Shown in pieces: positions 30,112-43,690 of a stretch of DNA of 64,000 nucleotides. Each line of letters begins with the position of its first letter. Position 1 is the first letter of the stretch. The translations under genes and the position numbers were made by a program. The notes beneath the pieces were generated by a model. The model saw nothing but the letters and a program-made list of their open reading frames with translations. It did no database searches and was not told where the DNA came from. The stretch covers positions 1,860,001 to 1,924,000 of the forward strand of contig OZ024749.1 in NCBI GenBank assembly GCA_964016885.1, in the 5' to 3' direction. The stretch comes from Eledone cirrhosa. Taxonomy: Eukaryota.

Positions 30112-30769
30112 CTCTACATGGTTACATGGTCTCTCTCTCTCTCTCGCTCTCCCTCTCTCTCTCCATTATAAGAAATCTGCTCGTCGAAACCGACGGATTT
30201 CCATCGTATTGTAAATTGACTGATAGAAAATAAATGTTCTATGAAAATGGCCGTTGGTCCTGATAGATTTGTTCTCATTATTTTGTTTAAATATCGCACG
30301 TATCTTTAAAACTATAAACAACTCTTCTGTTGGTTTCATTGAAACATTTTCAATCTAATAATACAAGTTTCTTTGGTTCACGGAGTTTCTCGCGTTGTGG
30401 GATTTCAACGAGACAAACAAACAAGAAACCGAACCAGACATATTTTCTGTTGGGATTTTAAAACCAAGAACCTCTGAATACATTTTCAGAGGCTGATTGA
30501 AGCAAAACACTCACGCTACAATTTCTCGCCTTCACTTGATTTAATTAGCATATCAGATGTGCCAGCAATGGAAGGTGATATTTTAACTAAATAACTATAA
30601 ATTAGTCTGTCAAATATTCTGGTAGGCTACCAATGTTTATATTTCAAAACTAAAACAGCTAACCTACACACTGTTTATCTTTGTAGAATGAGCGTTGATG
30701 CGTTTACATAACATGCTAGAAACACCAGCTAAACTGGTAGGCTAACATTGTTGATATCTAGACATTCTC

Positions 30770-30940
30770 GGACCTGCCAACCTCTAAAGATCCAAAACAG
30801 GGAGTGCCATGAAAGACAGTGTCCCAAAAAGGGGAGAAATGAGGCAAAATTGGGAGATTTTACATAATGAAAGCTATACTCATTTTGAGCCACCCCAAGG
30901 TCGGAGGGAGATCTCGCTGTCGGGAGAGTTGACAGGTCTA
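30770..30940. mobile_element. Short MITE-like repeat; diverged reverse copy at about 6685-6867
   Basis: Ends gacctgccaac and gttgacaggtc. Internal gagaaatgaggcaaaa matches ttttgcctcatttctc near 6791. Confidence 0.55.
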
Positions 30941-31024
30941 CAATCCAACGATTAAGCTAGGGGAATCTCTACTTGGTCGTTCGACCTGCTGGAAATAGTA
31001 GCTAATCAATGAGGTTGCTACTAA

Positions 31025-31242
31025 TGATTGTTTCTAACATTGGCACAAGGCCAACAATTTGAAGGGAAGGGGAAATCGATTAAATCCAGCCCCAGTGCAT
31101 TACTGGTACTTTATCTTATCGACCTTGTAAGGATGAAAGTCAAAGTTAACCTTGGCAGGAATTCAACTAAAAACATAAAGGGCCGTAACTATATACCACA
31201 AAGGATGTCTGACGCTCTACTGCTTCTACTGCCAATCCACCT
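31025..31242 (-). mobile_element. SINE family 1
   Basis: Core ccagtgcattactggtacttta..aggatgaaag.caaagttaacct. Confidence 0.8.
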
Positions 31243-31957
31243 TACGTATGCTACCAATATTAATACAATTCAAACTACGTGTGTAGCCTATCCCTCTTTC
31301 TTCCCCCTTTACCTTTCTCTAGCACTCGACGTTCCCACGACTATGTTTGTGTGGGATTCTAAGTAATCGTTTTGATATCTTAGAAATAGTAGCCAAATGT
31401 CCTCAACATACACACACACACACAGAAACTCACACACACACGCAGACACTCACAGAAACACACACACGCACACACACACAGGACACCTTGAACAATGTAG
31501 TCGACGATATACAATAACGACATGTGTGTTAACTAACGAATCAACCTGCTCTGGAAATTAATGGGGAAGATTCTCAGAAACTAACAGAGACTTGTATCCT
31601 TAACATATTGTGTAATAAGTATGAACCTTTGAATTACAGGTACAATTTGATTTTGACAGCTATGTCGACTGGAGCATCGTGAAATAAAGTGACTTCCTCA
31701 CGGCCACACTACGTCGGGAATCGAACTCACGCTCTTACGATTGTCAGCCGAACACCCAAACCACGCACCATAGGTCGTAATCAGTCAGATCAAAACGATA
31801 ACAAAAGTTCAGCACAGGTCTCAGTAGAGAGGCCAGATCGTTAAATACCTGAGGTCATGCTAGACAGGTCCGTTCAGGTAAATATAGAAAGGTCAGGTCA
31901 CACACACAAAGACACACACACACACACATTATATATATATATATATATATATATTAT

Positions 31958-32351
31958 TAGGTATAGGATTATCCTGGATGCAGTAATGGTTAATTACTAC
32001 ACTGAATAGAGTTGACGTACGGTGAGGGGTTACTCAACGAGTTATGGAAGAATTGTTGAAGAAACTCAGTTTCTGATCCTTCTGTATTCCGGAGTGTAGA
32101 TAAAGAATGAATAATAACAGGTAGACATCATAAAAAGATAATTTATTCTGTGTGCTTACAAATGTTTCCACGGTCGTTATACAGCCTAGTTATGCTATGT
32201 GCAAATTTATAACTATTTGCAAAACTCAATTATCAAATGCTGTGACCACTGTACCATCAGAGCAGAATGGTTAAAATGTAAAATGTAAATACCCTTAAGT
32301 GAGGCTATTGGGGAAGATAGAGTAGAAATAGGAAGAGAGAAAAGAAGAGGG

Positions 32352-32409
<58 letters not shown>

Positions 32410-32591
32410 GGGTTGGAGAAATGGGAGAGAGTGGTTTGTAGATATCTTAATCAAAATGTTGTGGTAGGGGTTTTATTATACTGGTTACTCTTAAAGCGAC
32501 CACCTTAAGCGATGCGTTGATAGTCAAGGTTGGGATTATTTATTGCCCCAGGGGGCAGGTTCATAAATGTGGAGAGGCAGGGAGGTGGACC

Positions 32592-32648
<57 letters not shown>

Positions 32649-33063
32649 ATGGATAGAGATGGAGAGATAGAGAGGGGACAGACGAAAGCTATGGGGTGGG
32701 TGTACATTGGGTTCATAGTAGTAATCTGCGAATTGCACTTAGTTTCCATTTATAGTGTGGGGGAAGAGAAAGTGGTTAGCTAGAAAGCAATGTTATAGTT
32801 ACGGGTTCGAATGTTAAGTTATTTTATAGTGAGAGAATTTAGCCTTCAGTTTGTAGTTGCAGTATAATGATCGTTCGATTCTATCATTTAGTAATTTATT
32901 TTTGGATTTTAAGATGTAAAAGAGTTCAAGGTTACATAACCTACAGTACTTCAATCCACTCCGATATGCACTAGCGCTGGAAAGTATATCCCATTTCAAG
33001 GTGAACTGTTGTAAGCACACAGAATAAATTACCTTTTTATGATGTCTACCTGTTATTATTCAT

Positions 33064-33066
<3 letters not shown>
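31958..33066 (-). mobile_element. 5'-truncated Penelope-like element with short inverted arm
   Basis: ORF 32814-33020 (KWDIL..AYRSGLKYCRLCNLE..LLN..C) is the PLE endonuclease C-terminus. 33009-33066 is the reverse complement of 32104-32162. Confidence 0.82.
32153..32264 (-). ncRNA. Hammerhead ribozyme candidate with greatly enlarged stem II domain
   Basis: TGCT-CTGATGG, then ~85 nt (ggtc/gacc and acagc/gctgt helices), then GAA-ACAttTGT-A-AGCA. Confidence 0.55.
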
Positions 33067-33096
<30 letters not shown>

Positions 33097-33097
<1 letters not shown>

Positions 33098-33510
33098 GAA
33101 GTAGTTCCACAACAGTTAGTTCACCATACTGAGAACAAATGTTTCACTGTAAGCGGATCTTCAGCTCGGTCTGAGTGCAGTTATACGGAAAAGGAAAAAC
33201 AACCGTATGAATACGCATGCGCAGAAACGGTCACTTCTCCTAGGTGATGCAACCCCACGGTCGAACGGTGTAAGGGAGATAACTGCGAATGTCCGGAATA
33301 AGTTGTTCAGAATATTAGAATGTTAATGTTATTCAATCTGGAGCTTTGTAATTATGCAAGAAGTGTTTCCAGACGTGTGGACTACGTGATAAAGCTCATT
33401 TCTTGATTTAGGCAATCGTTATTTAGGTGGAACTAATTCTACCAAACTTGTCCCATGGACTGAGTGCTCTACTACTACGGATATAACCCTCCAGTGTTCT
33501 ACTATTATAT
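33097..33510 (-). mobile_element. PLE-type terminal fragment with hammerhead core at 33131-33167; sister fragment at 61580-61688 (+)
   Basis: gag-CTGAAGA-tccgcttacagt-GAAACATTTGTT-ctc. Shares the tail gtatggtgaactaactgttgtg with 61655. Confidence 0.6.
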
Positions 33511-34055
33511 AAGAGAGAGAGAGAGGGGGGACTGACATTCATACATGCTCATTCACACAAGCACTCACTGGCACACATCAGTTTGTATGGCGGTCTAACA
33601 ATTTCGCCATATCCTCATTTATAGACAATTTCATCTTTTATAGCAATAAGCAAGTTAAACTTTGTAAAAACATTCTCTGGCGGGATTGTAATCTATACAT
33701 AATATAAAAGAGAGGAAGTACAGCAATTGAATAAGGATATATCCAGGAAGATTTATTCATATTCATTTTATAACATCAAAGAAAAAAACCATCCTGGGTA
33801 TGTTAAGGAACCTAACTGCTATTTCTAGCAGTCATATGGGATTCTCTCGTTGTCGTGTTTTGTGGTCTGCATCTCTGATTCGAACGTTGGTTTACACACA
33901 CACATACACACACACACAATCGTGTGCGCGCGCAATCACATACACACATTTATACTGTAAACCAGAAAAGGAATCTAATACAGTGGTTTTCTCTTATTAT
34001 CTGTGTACCCGGGTGAAAGTGGGTTCCTCAACTAGATTAATAACAGAACACTTAC

Positions 34056-34154
34056 ATGGTCTTTGTAGGGTAATATACTGAATCTCATGTTATCTCCGTT
34101 ATCGGCATCGGTTGCTACTACTCCACAGTCTATCGTACTGCCGATGTCTGTGTC
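34056..34154 (-). CDS. Cadherin-superfamily gene, internal exon A (DTDIGSTIDCGVVATDADNGDNMRFSILPYKDH)
   Basis: 99 bp, phase 0-0. Acceptor tctctgtttatttcag, donor gtaagt. Encodes the cadherin ATDAD calcium-binding motif and joins exon B in frame. Confidence 0.9.
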
Positions 34155-34224
34155 CTGAAATAAACAGAGATATAAAATATAGAGTGATAAAGACAGAATT
34201 TATTATTACTACTCTCTTTCTCTC

Positions 34225-34267
<43 letters not shown>

Positions 34268-34271
<4 letters not shown>

Positions 34272-34461
34272 TTAATATAGATGAGATTCTACAGGACTAG
34301 AACTGTTTCATTCTTTAGAAATCATCAGGGATTCCTGATGATTTCTAAAGAATGAAACAGTTCTAGTCCTGTAGAATCTCATCTACATTAAAACTTTTAT
34401 ACTCTGCAATGTATTGAGTACCTTACTTACTGTGGTTACCTCCAATTCAACCCGGAATAAC

Positions 34462-34462
<1 letters not shown>
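34268..34462. mobile_element. Fold-back PLE-type remnant: ~62-bp arms, 4-nt spacer, one-sided tail
   Basis: Arms 34268-34329 and 34334-34395 are near-perfect reverse complements. CTGATGA starts at 34335. Confidence 0.85.
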
Positions 34463-34534
<72 letters not shown>

Positions 34535-34722
34535 ATACTTGGGGAGGGTCATATTGTTATAATATTGCCAGAAATATTAACAGAACACACTCACTGTTGG
34601 GTTGGTTTCGCTTCTGTATCTTTTATATCTCCATAGTTAATTTATTTGGCAATCAATATTTAAAATACAGATATAATTATATATATAGCCTATCAAAGAC
34701 CTTGGAAAACAAATTCATCACC

Positions 34723-34780
<58 letters not shown>

Positions 34781-35065
34781 TATAAAGTATGTCCATAGAA
34801 TCATTTGATAATATATATACACCATTTCCTCTCCCAATTAGCATAATTAACCACACAAAAAATCAATTAGACCAGGCTATAAGATTAAAAGGCACGTATG
34901 AAGAAATAGTAGATAAATAAACGACAGCAATTTCTTCACGGCCAACCGCCATAGAATATGTACCCAACATTTCAACAGCACGTGGAAATCGATTAAATAT
35001 ACCGCCAACCATACACAATTAGGTATACAATTAAAGTTAGAAGAAATGCATATACACATACCAGG

Positions 35066-35137
<72 letters not shown>

Positions 35138-35365
35138 GATTCCCGATGTATACAGGGAAATGATCACAGTTGAAAAAGCTACTCAATACGTGAGTAAGGT
35201 AAAGGTATATTTACTTCATTATAGAAATGGCGTCTGGAGGACTACAACTGTTTCTTATGCATGAAACGTATAACTTTTTCCCGCTATTTACCTATTTTTT
35301 ATTGTTTGCTATACAGGTTTGCGGTCGAGCCCGTAGCAATGGTGACTCCTGGTGTTCTTGGCCCT

Positions 35366-36155
35366 AGTGGTGGTGGTGGTGGTGGTGTTGGTGGTGGTAG
35401 TGTTGGTGGTGGTAGTGTTGGTGGTGGTAGTGTTGGTGGTGGTAGTGTTGGTGGTGGCAGTGTTGGTGGTGGTAGTGTTGGTGGTGTTAGTGTTGGTGGT
35501 GATAGTGGTGGTGGTGGTGGCAGTGTTGGTGGTGGTAGTGTTGGTGGTGGTAGTGTTGGTGGTGGTAGTGTTGGTGGTGATAGTGGTGGTGGTGGTGGCA
35601 GTGTTGGTGGTGATAGTGGTGGTGGTGGTGGCAGTGTTGGTGGTGGTAGTGTTGGTGGTGGTAGTGTTGGTGGTGGTAGTGTTGGTGGTGGTAGTGTTGG
35701 TGGTGTTAGTGTTGGTGGTGTTAGTGTTGGTGGTGATAGTGGTGGTGGTGGTGATAGTGGTGGTGGTAGTGGTAGTGTTGGTGGTGGTAGTGGTGGCGGT
35801 GTTAGTGTTGGTGGTGATAGTGGTGGTGGTGGTGTTGGTGGCGGTACTGGTGGTGGTGGTAGTGTTGGTAGTGATATTGTTAATTGTTATAACATTGTTG
35901 GAGTTAGTAGTGGTGAAAGTAGTAGTGGTGGTGGTAGTGACGTGGTGGTGATAGTGGTGGTGGTAGTGGTGGTAGTAGTGGCGGTGGTAGTGACGTGGTG
36001 GTGGTAGTGGTGGCGGTAGTGGTGGTAGTAGTGGTGGTGGTAGTGATGTGGTGGTGGTAGTGTTGGTGGTGATAGTTGTGGCGGTAGTGGTGGTAGTAGT
36101 GGTGGTGGTAGTGACGTAGTGGTGGTAGTGTTGGTGGTGATAGTTGTGGTGGTAT
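35366..36155 (+). repeat. (GGT)n-based compound repeat with a 15-bp period (ggtggtggtagtgtt)
   Basis: Seen directly. Confidence 0.95.
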
Positions 36156-36587
36156 TATTAGTTGTATTACTGAACAGTCTGAAACATAATTGGTTTTGTT
36201 GGTCAGAATAATGTGTATTGGTTGGCCGGAGGCTGCGATGTTTTGCCATTTACTATTCATCAAGCTTGCCAAGTGATTCACATTCAGCCCTCCAGCAAAT
36301 ATTCTTCTCTCTATACCAATATTTTGCTGGAATTATATTGTAATATATATATATACATACTAATATTGTAATATATATATATATGTAAATATGTGTGCGC
36401 GCATGTATACATTTGGATGAATATATGCGTGTGTGTATGTGTGTGATATGTGTGTGATGTGTGTGTGTGTGTGTGAATATATGTATGGATGTGTAGACTT
36501 AATCTTCCTCTAAAGCACATTGATATTAAAACCCACACATATAAAACAATTTAATTATACACACATACATCTATATGTCCCTTTACG

Positions 36588-36707
36588 GTCTGAGTTCAAA
36601 TCCCGCCAAGGTTAACTTTGCCTTTCATCTTTACGGGGTCGATAAAATAAAGTACCAGTAATGCACTGGGTAATTACTGGCCTTGTGCCAAAAGTAGAAA
36701 CAATTAT
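36588..36707 (+). mobile_element. SINE family 1 (B-box to tail)
   Basis: gagttcaaatcccgcc..gggtcgataaaataaagtaccag..agtagaaacaatt. Confidence 0.85.
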
Positions 36708-37074
36708 TACGGAACAAAGGCGCTTTCATACCTAAGGTTTCAAGGCCCAATATTGAGCATACTTCTAGAGCTCCGGGATTTCAATCGTGAGGTTGTGAGA
36801 TCGATTCTCACACTGGGTAATGCGTTGTGTTCTTGAGCAAGACACTTTATTTCACGTTGCTCCAGTATACTCAGCTGTGTAAGTTGCAATATCACTGGTG
36901 ACAAGCTGTATCAGCATTTGCCTTTCCCTTGGACAACATCGGTGGCGTGGAGAGGGCAGACTGTTATGTTGTACCTCGGAGGGGAACGTTCTAAATGCAC
37001 ATCCCATGGTCATTCGTGACCGGGGGGGGGGGGGTCTTTAACTTTTACCGATATATATATATAAATTAAAATGG

Positions 37075-37260
37075 ATGCAGTAAAACCCTGTAGGACCATT
37101 ACTCACCAGAGTACTCGATACTTGGGGTAGTAGAGTATGATTATATGAAAGAATTGGGAACCCCACGGCTGAGCTCTTGCTGTTTCAATAGATAGTTCCA
37201 AACCCAGTTCAGAACTATCTGTGGAAACAGCAAGAGCTTAGCCGTCGGGGCCCCAACTCC

Positions 37261-37267
<7 letters not shown>
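37075..37267. mobile_element. Fold-back remnant related to 59935-60128 and 55869-56008
   Basis: Arms 37143-37198 and 37210-37267. Shares the tail caccagagtactc.atactt.ggg.agtagagt. Confidence 0.75.
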
Positions 37268-37332
<65 letters not shown>

Positions 37333-37333
<1 letters not shown>

Positions 37334-38068
37334 AGTGGTTGTTAAAGCTTGCACATATAAAGCTAAATCTAAACTATAATAAAGAAAGGAGTGCGGGACT
37401 GCGTCCAGAATATATATTTTTTTATCCCGTTTGTAAAATAAGTTGGATTACTTTGAATAAATAATGAATGAATATTACATAATTTATCTACTAAATTTCG
37501 TTATTCTTGATTAAAGATAAATAATTTTGTCGCTTATTTTAAGATTCACTTCTTTAAAATTTTCAAATGTCAACACTTCCGGTTAGTGATCTCTTAAATA
37601 AACATTGATATATTTCCGTCACTAATTTTCTCCTCATGCAGTTTATATATAATATCGTATTTTTTAAATGTATCATGGATTACGTTACTGATTACATAAG
37701 ACAGTGTAACGCAGTCTTCGTTCAATTTCTGTGTATATTGTCAATTACGATTTTATTTGATCATATCTACATGTATATATACTTGCGTATAATATCAATA
37801 TACACACTACACATGCTAGCAGAAAACCACCCTAAGGGTGGTTTTCTGCTAGTATATATAACGTATCTTTGCCTTTCATCCTTACGGGGTCGATAAAATA
37901 AAGTACCAGTAATACACTGAGTAATTGCTGGCCTTGTGCCAAAATAAGAAACAATTATATATTATACAAACACACATATATACATATATGTGTGTGTGAG
38001 TGTATAAAATATATATAATATACGTTATATATATTTAGCTTTATATGTGCAAGCTTTAACAATCACTG
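37333..38068. mobile_element. Non-autonomous Tc1/mariner-type element with a nested SINE tail at 37868-37956
   Basis: ~36-bp TIRs CAGTGGTTGTTAAAGCTTGCACATATAAAGCTAAAT with one mismatch. TA on both sides. Confidence 0.85.
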
Positions 38069-38373
38069 TACAATAGATGAAAGCTCAGTCTACTAAACCA
38101 ACAGGCACACACACATACATATAAAGGGAGATAAATAGATACACACACACATACACATGCATGTATATATGCATGTATGTGTGTATGTATGTGTGTGTGT
38201 ATGTATACATGTGTGTATGTATGTGTGCTTGTATGTATGTGTGGTGTATATATATGTGTGTGGTGTATATATATGTGTGTGATGCGTATATGTATGTGTG
38301 GTGTGTATATATGTGTTGTGGTGTATATATATATATATATGTGTGTGTGTGGTGTGTATATATGTATGTGTGG

Positions 38374-38405
<32 letters not shown>

Positions 38406-38628
38406 GTGTATGTATGTATGTGTGATGTGTATATGTATATATGTGTATGTATGTATGTGTGGTGTGTATATATATATGTGTGTATGTATGTATGTATGTA
38501 TGTGTGGTGTGTATATATATATATATGTGTGTGTGTATGTATATATGTGTGGTGTGTATATATATATATATATGTATGTAATGTATGTGTGGTGTATATA
38601 TATATATATGTGTATGTATGTATGTGTG

Positions 38629-38674
<46 letters not shown>

Positions 38675-38779
38675 ATGTATGTGTGGTGTATATATATATA
38701 TATATGTGTGTGTGTACGTATGTATGAGTGGTGTGTATATATATATATATATATGTGTGTGTGTATGTATGTATGAGTG

Positions 38780-38829
<50 letters not shown>

Positions 38830-38893
38830 ATGTATGTATGAGTGGTGTGTATATATATATATATATATGTGTGTGTGTATGTATGTATGAGTG

Positions 38894-38949
<56 letters not shown>

Positions 38950-39013
38950 ATGTATGTATGAGTGGTGTGTATATATATATATATATATGTGTGTGTGTAT
39001 GTATGTATGAGTG

Positions 39014-39081
<68 letters not shown>

Positions 39082-39829
39082 GAACGTGATAGTTGATGAG
39101 TGTTAATGTTGTACAAAGATGTCTCCTTCAGTATTTTGTTGACTCCGTCACGGTCCCCCGCTCCTCTCTAATTCTATACAATGTATGCAAAACAATCTGA
39201 TTGGACAATAATGACAATAAGTCCGTGGCATATTGAAGACGCCACAAAGCTGAGGAGTTTCTATATAATTCTATATACGAATATATATTATTATGAGAAA
39301 GTCCATTATTATAAAGATCTATGTCTGAATGGTCCGGAGTTTCATGATGAAGAGTAATTACCAAAGAGCTTGTATATAGTGAAATATCATATACTGGAAT
39401 TACGAATATGAAATAAATAATGTCCGAGTAGTGGAATATTCCACAGACACGTGAACTCTCAGCTTAATTCTCAAGGGGATACTGCACAGTGTCTGACAGG
39501 GCTAAAACATCTGACGAGGGTCCAAACTGGTTTTAACCATCCAGATTCACTGTTGACCAAGGTGCCACACTGTATGTTCATGGTTTTCATTAAAAAAAAG
39601 GGATATCCGTGGGGCCCGAATCCTCATTCGACCATTACTGGGAAGCTTGTTAGCGAGACCCAGCTCATCCACCTTCGCCGATGAAGTTGTTGGTCGTTTG
39701 AAAGGTTGTCAGCAAGGTGACTAACTGGCCCCATTTAAACTAGGTTTAAAATCAGAGTGAGCCTTCTCTTAGACAGATTGTCAACTAATGCTAACCTGCT
39801 CTGTATATAATATATAGCATTGTATATAA

Positions 39830-40834
39830 TATATAACGTTGAAGACCTTCTCTAACGATGTTAGAGAAGGTCTTATGTCTGCGGCGCCCTCCATTCTTAA
39901 ATCGGTTCACTCTGGATATTGGGTATCCGTTCATCTTCAGTACATCTATGAAGTGTGCAGGCATAAGACCTCCTCTAACGCTTGCTTCATGAAATGACCA
40001 CATTTCAGCGACAGCATAACCACAGCTATTCTTAAAGCTATCCGCAAAGAAGGTCTGGACAATACAATTAGCACACTCCGGCCCTTCACTGCATGGATAC
40101 CTGTCTCAAAAGCAATCCAGAGACAACAACAATCAATGCTTGCTGACTAACTGCCCTATCGGCAATACAGGTATGTGCCAGCGGACACATGTTGTATACC
40201 GGATTGAATGCAACAAATGTAAGGAATTCTACATTGGTAGCACGACTTGAGCACTCCATACTCACATTAAAGAACACCTCAACACACACACATCCTCATT
40301 CAAAAAACATATTGACAAATGTAGAAACATCAACCAACATCAACCGTTACTATTAAAGCCAGTGATAGAAATGTGGGCAACTTAAGAATTAAGGAAGTCT
40401 TGCCCATACGTAAATTCAACCCACAAATAAATAATAGATTATAACTCCGCACAGAGTACTTTACATAAAAAAGACACACCCACAGGCACACAAACTAAAC
40501 ATCCCATACAAAAAAACATTGATTTTGCGAAATACTATGTTGGCAATAGATGTCATTCTCATTAAGAGTGAAGCAACCGTCAAAAAACGTTTGAAAACGA
40601 CTTACAAACATTTTAAAATCGAAATCAAAATTTAATCCCCAAAAGAGGAATTCGGAACGTTATCCACTGAAAGTTCCCTAAAACCTGAAGAAGGGACTTC
40701 GAGGTCCCGAAATATTGGGCAGATAAAAGAACAACAAAAATCAAAACAAAGATACCAGATAACTTACTTTTCGTTACCTTATCTTACAGTCTATTTTGCA
40801 TTGTTTAGCCTTCTATCTCTTTCAACGTTATATA
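39830..40834 (+). mobile_element. Penelope-like fragment with a 5' inversion
   Basis: Plus strand reads PHFSDSITTAIL..CPIGNTGMCQRTHVVYRIECNKCKEFYIGSTT*..HIKEH (GIY-YIG). Minus strand about 39895-39960 reads FIDVLKMNGYP (RT-EN linker). Hammerhead-like core CTGAAGA-A-GGGAC/GTCCC-GAAA at 40685-40712. Confidence 0.8.
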
Positions 40835-41392
40835 TTATATATAGTTGTACATATAACATATACGTAAACTCTAACGATGTTAGAGAAGGTCTTATGTCTG
40901 CGGCGCCCTCCATTAGCACGGGGTCTTTCTTTTATCGTCTCCAACTCGTTATTTGTTCTTTAGGATACTAGTAATTAGACCAACTATATTTTATGGGGAC
41001 GTGTAACAACTTTGGTATACTCAACTAAATCCTGTTCTTTAGATGACCTGCAAGCTAATAAAACTAATATGATGCACAGCTTCAGTAGAAATCATCTATT
41101 CTGTGTATTCCCAGAAGTTCAGTATTGCAGCAATGTTCATAATGATTGCAGACATATTCAGCATTAAACATCTCAACAAATGTTAAATATTCTTACACTT
41201 AGCATTTTTTACAGATTAATTCTATAAAACATTGAATTGACTATAAACAAACTGAAAACTGCACAGCGCACATACTGAGTGTCGGTGATCGAGTAACACG
41301 TTCGCGGATTAATATATTTATATATCAGACGAAAGTTTAAACAAAGAATCGCTCTTTGGATTTTAGTCTTCGTATTTATTATTATTACTATT

Positions 41393-41475
<83 letters not shown>

Positions 41476-41559
41476 TGACGAAGGACTAATTTTATCATAT
41501 GTAACCCATGTGCAACCACGCAGTATTCTTCTTTCTTCTCATGTTTTATATATATATAT

Positions 41560-41792
41560 ATACATGAGTTTTGCAAGAGATGTCAACATGAATGGACCTA
41601 TAATTTTTATCTAAAGACATTTTTTCCAATTCCATCCCGCCCGTCCCCCTTAATCTATTTTATTTCTCATTATTTCTTCTGATGAAGGACTAGCGTCCGA
41701 AACGTTAAGACCTCTTCCTGCTATATCAAGCGTTAACCTAATATATACTTTCCATATACTGTACCGATTGTGTTGTTATCTCTGTTTACCTG
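41560..41792 (+). mobile_element. PLE 3' terminus (family of 52018 and 60551) with hammerhead at 41675-41710
   Basis: TCTT-CTGATGA-A-GGAC tagc GTCC-GAA-ACGT-T-AAGA. Confidence 0.75.
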
Positions 41793-41809
41793 TTACATAC
41801 ATACATACG

Positions 41810-41840
<31 letters not shown>

Positions 41841-41842
41841 AG

Positions 41843-41912
<70 letters not shown>

Positions 41913-41960
41913 CAATTGGCTTCAACGGGACTAGAACTGTTTCATTCGATTGAACATAGA

Positions 41961-42032
<72 letters not shown>

Positions 42033-42333
42033 TATATACTATCATCATCATCATCAGTAGATAGAATGACAAATAAACGCTGAAACAGATAAAGCGAGGA
42101 AATCCACACAATTAGTTCTACATTGTCTGATACATCTAGACTAGGTCAGAAGGTGTAACATATTCCTGTAAAGCAGGTCTAGCAATAATTACCTCCCTAT
42201 TTACAGTGTCTCCCTAAACAGTCTTTTCCTATAACGTGTCTCCCACTTTTCCGAATCCCATTAAAGAGTCTATTGTTTCTAAAGCAGTATTATCTAAGGC
42301 TGCATCAAGGACTCAATCCAAACTTTCTTGGTT

Positions 42334-42346
42334 GCTACTAGTATGT

Positions 42347-42412
<66 letters not shown>

Positions 42413-42473
42413 TGCCTACAACTACTACTATGCCTACTAATACTACTATGTCTACTACTACTAGTATGTCTAG

Positions 42474-42523
<50 letters not shown>

Positions 42524-42580
42524 TGTCTACAACTACTACTATACCTACTAATACTACTATGTCTACTACTACTAGTATGT

Positions 42581-42629
<49 letters not shown>

Positions 42630-43690
42630 CACTACTACTACTATGTCTACTACTAGTATACCTACTACTACTAGTATGTCTACCACTACTACTACTACTA
42701 TGTCTACTACTACTACTACTATGTCTACTACTACTACTACTACTATGTCTACTAATACTACTATGTCTACTAATACTACTATATCTACTACTACTACTAT
42801 GTCTACTAATACTACTATGTCTACTAATACTACTATATCTACTACTACTACTATGTCTACTAATACTACTATGTCTACTAATACTACTATATCTACTACT
42901 ACTACTATGTCTACTACTACTACTATGTCTACTAATACTACTATGTCTACTACTACTACTATGTCTACTAATACTACTATGTCTACTAATACTACTATGT
43001 CTACTAATACTACTATGTCTACTACTACTACTACTATGTCTACTACTACTACTACTATGTCTACTAATACTACTATGTCTACTAATACTACTATGTCTAC
43101 TACTACTACTACTATGTCTACTACTACTACTACTATGTCTACTAATACTACTATTTCTACTACTACTACTACTATGTCTACTACTACTACTACTACTATG
43201 TCTACTAATACTACTATGTCTACTAATACTACTATATCTACTACTACTACTATGTCTACTAATACTACTATGTCTACTAATACTACTATATCTACTACTA
43301 CTACTATGTCTACTACTACTACTATGTCTACTAATACTACTATGTCTACTACTACTACTATGTCTACTACTACTACTATGTCTACTAATACTACTATGTC
43401 TACTACTACTACTATGTCTACTAATACTACTATGTCTACTAATACTACTATGTCTACTAATACTACTATGTCTACTACTACTACTACTATGTCTACTACT
43501 ACTACTACTATGTCTACTAATACTACTATGTCTACTAATACTACTATGTCTACTACTACTACTACTATGTCTACTACTACTACTACTATGTCTACTAATA
43601 CTACTATTTCTACTACTACTACTACTATGTCTACTACTACTACTACTACTATGTCTACTAATACTACTATGTCACTAATACTACTATGTC
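42334..43690 (+). repeat. (ACT)n-based compound repeat with ATGTCT-punctuated 18-24-bp higher-order units
   Basis: Seen directly. Confidence 0.95.

Noticed and set aside
35261-36007. Gly-rich ORF with a signal-peptide-like start
   Set aside because: The body is a pure (GGT)n-derived repeat open in several frames, and it lies antisense in a probable intron.
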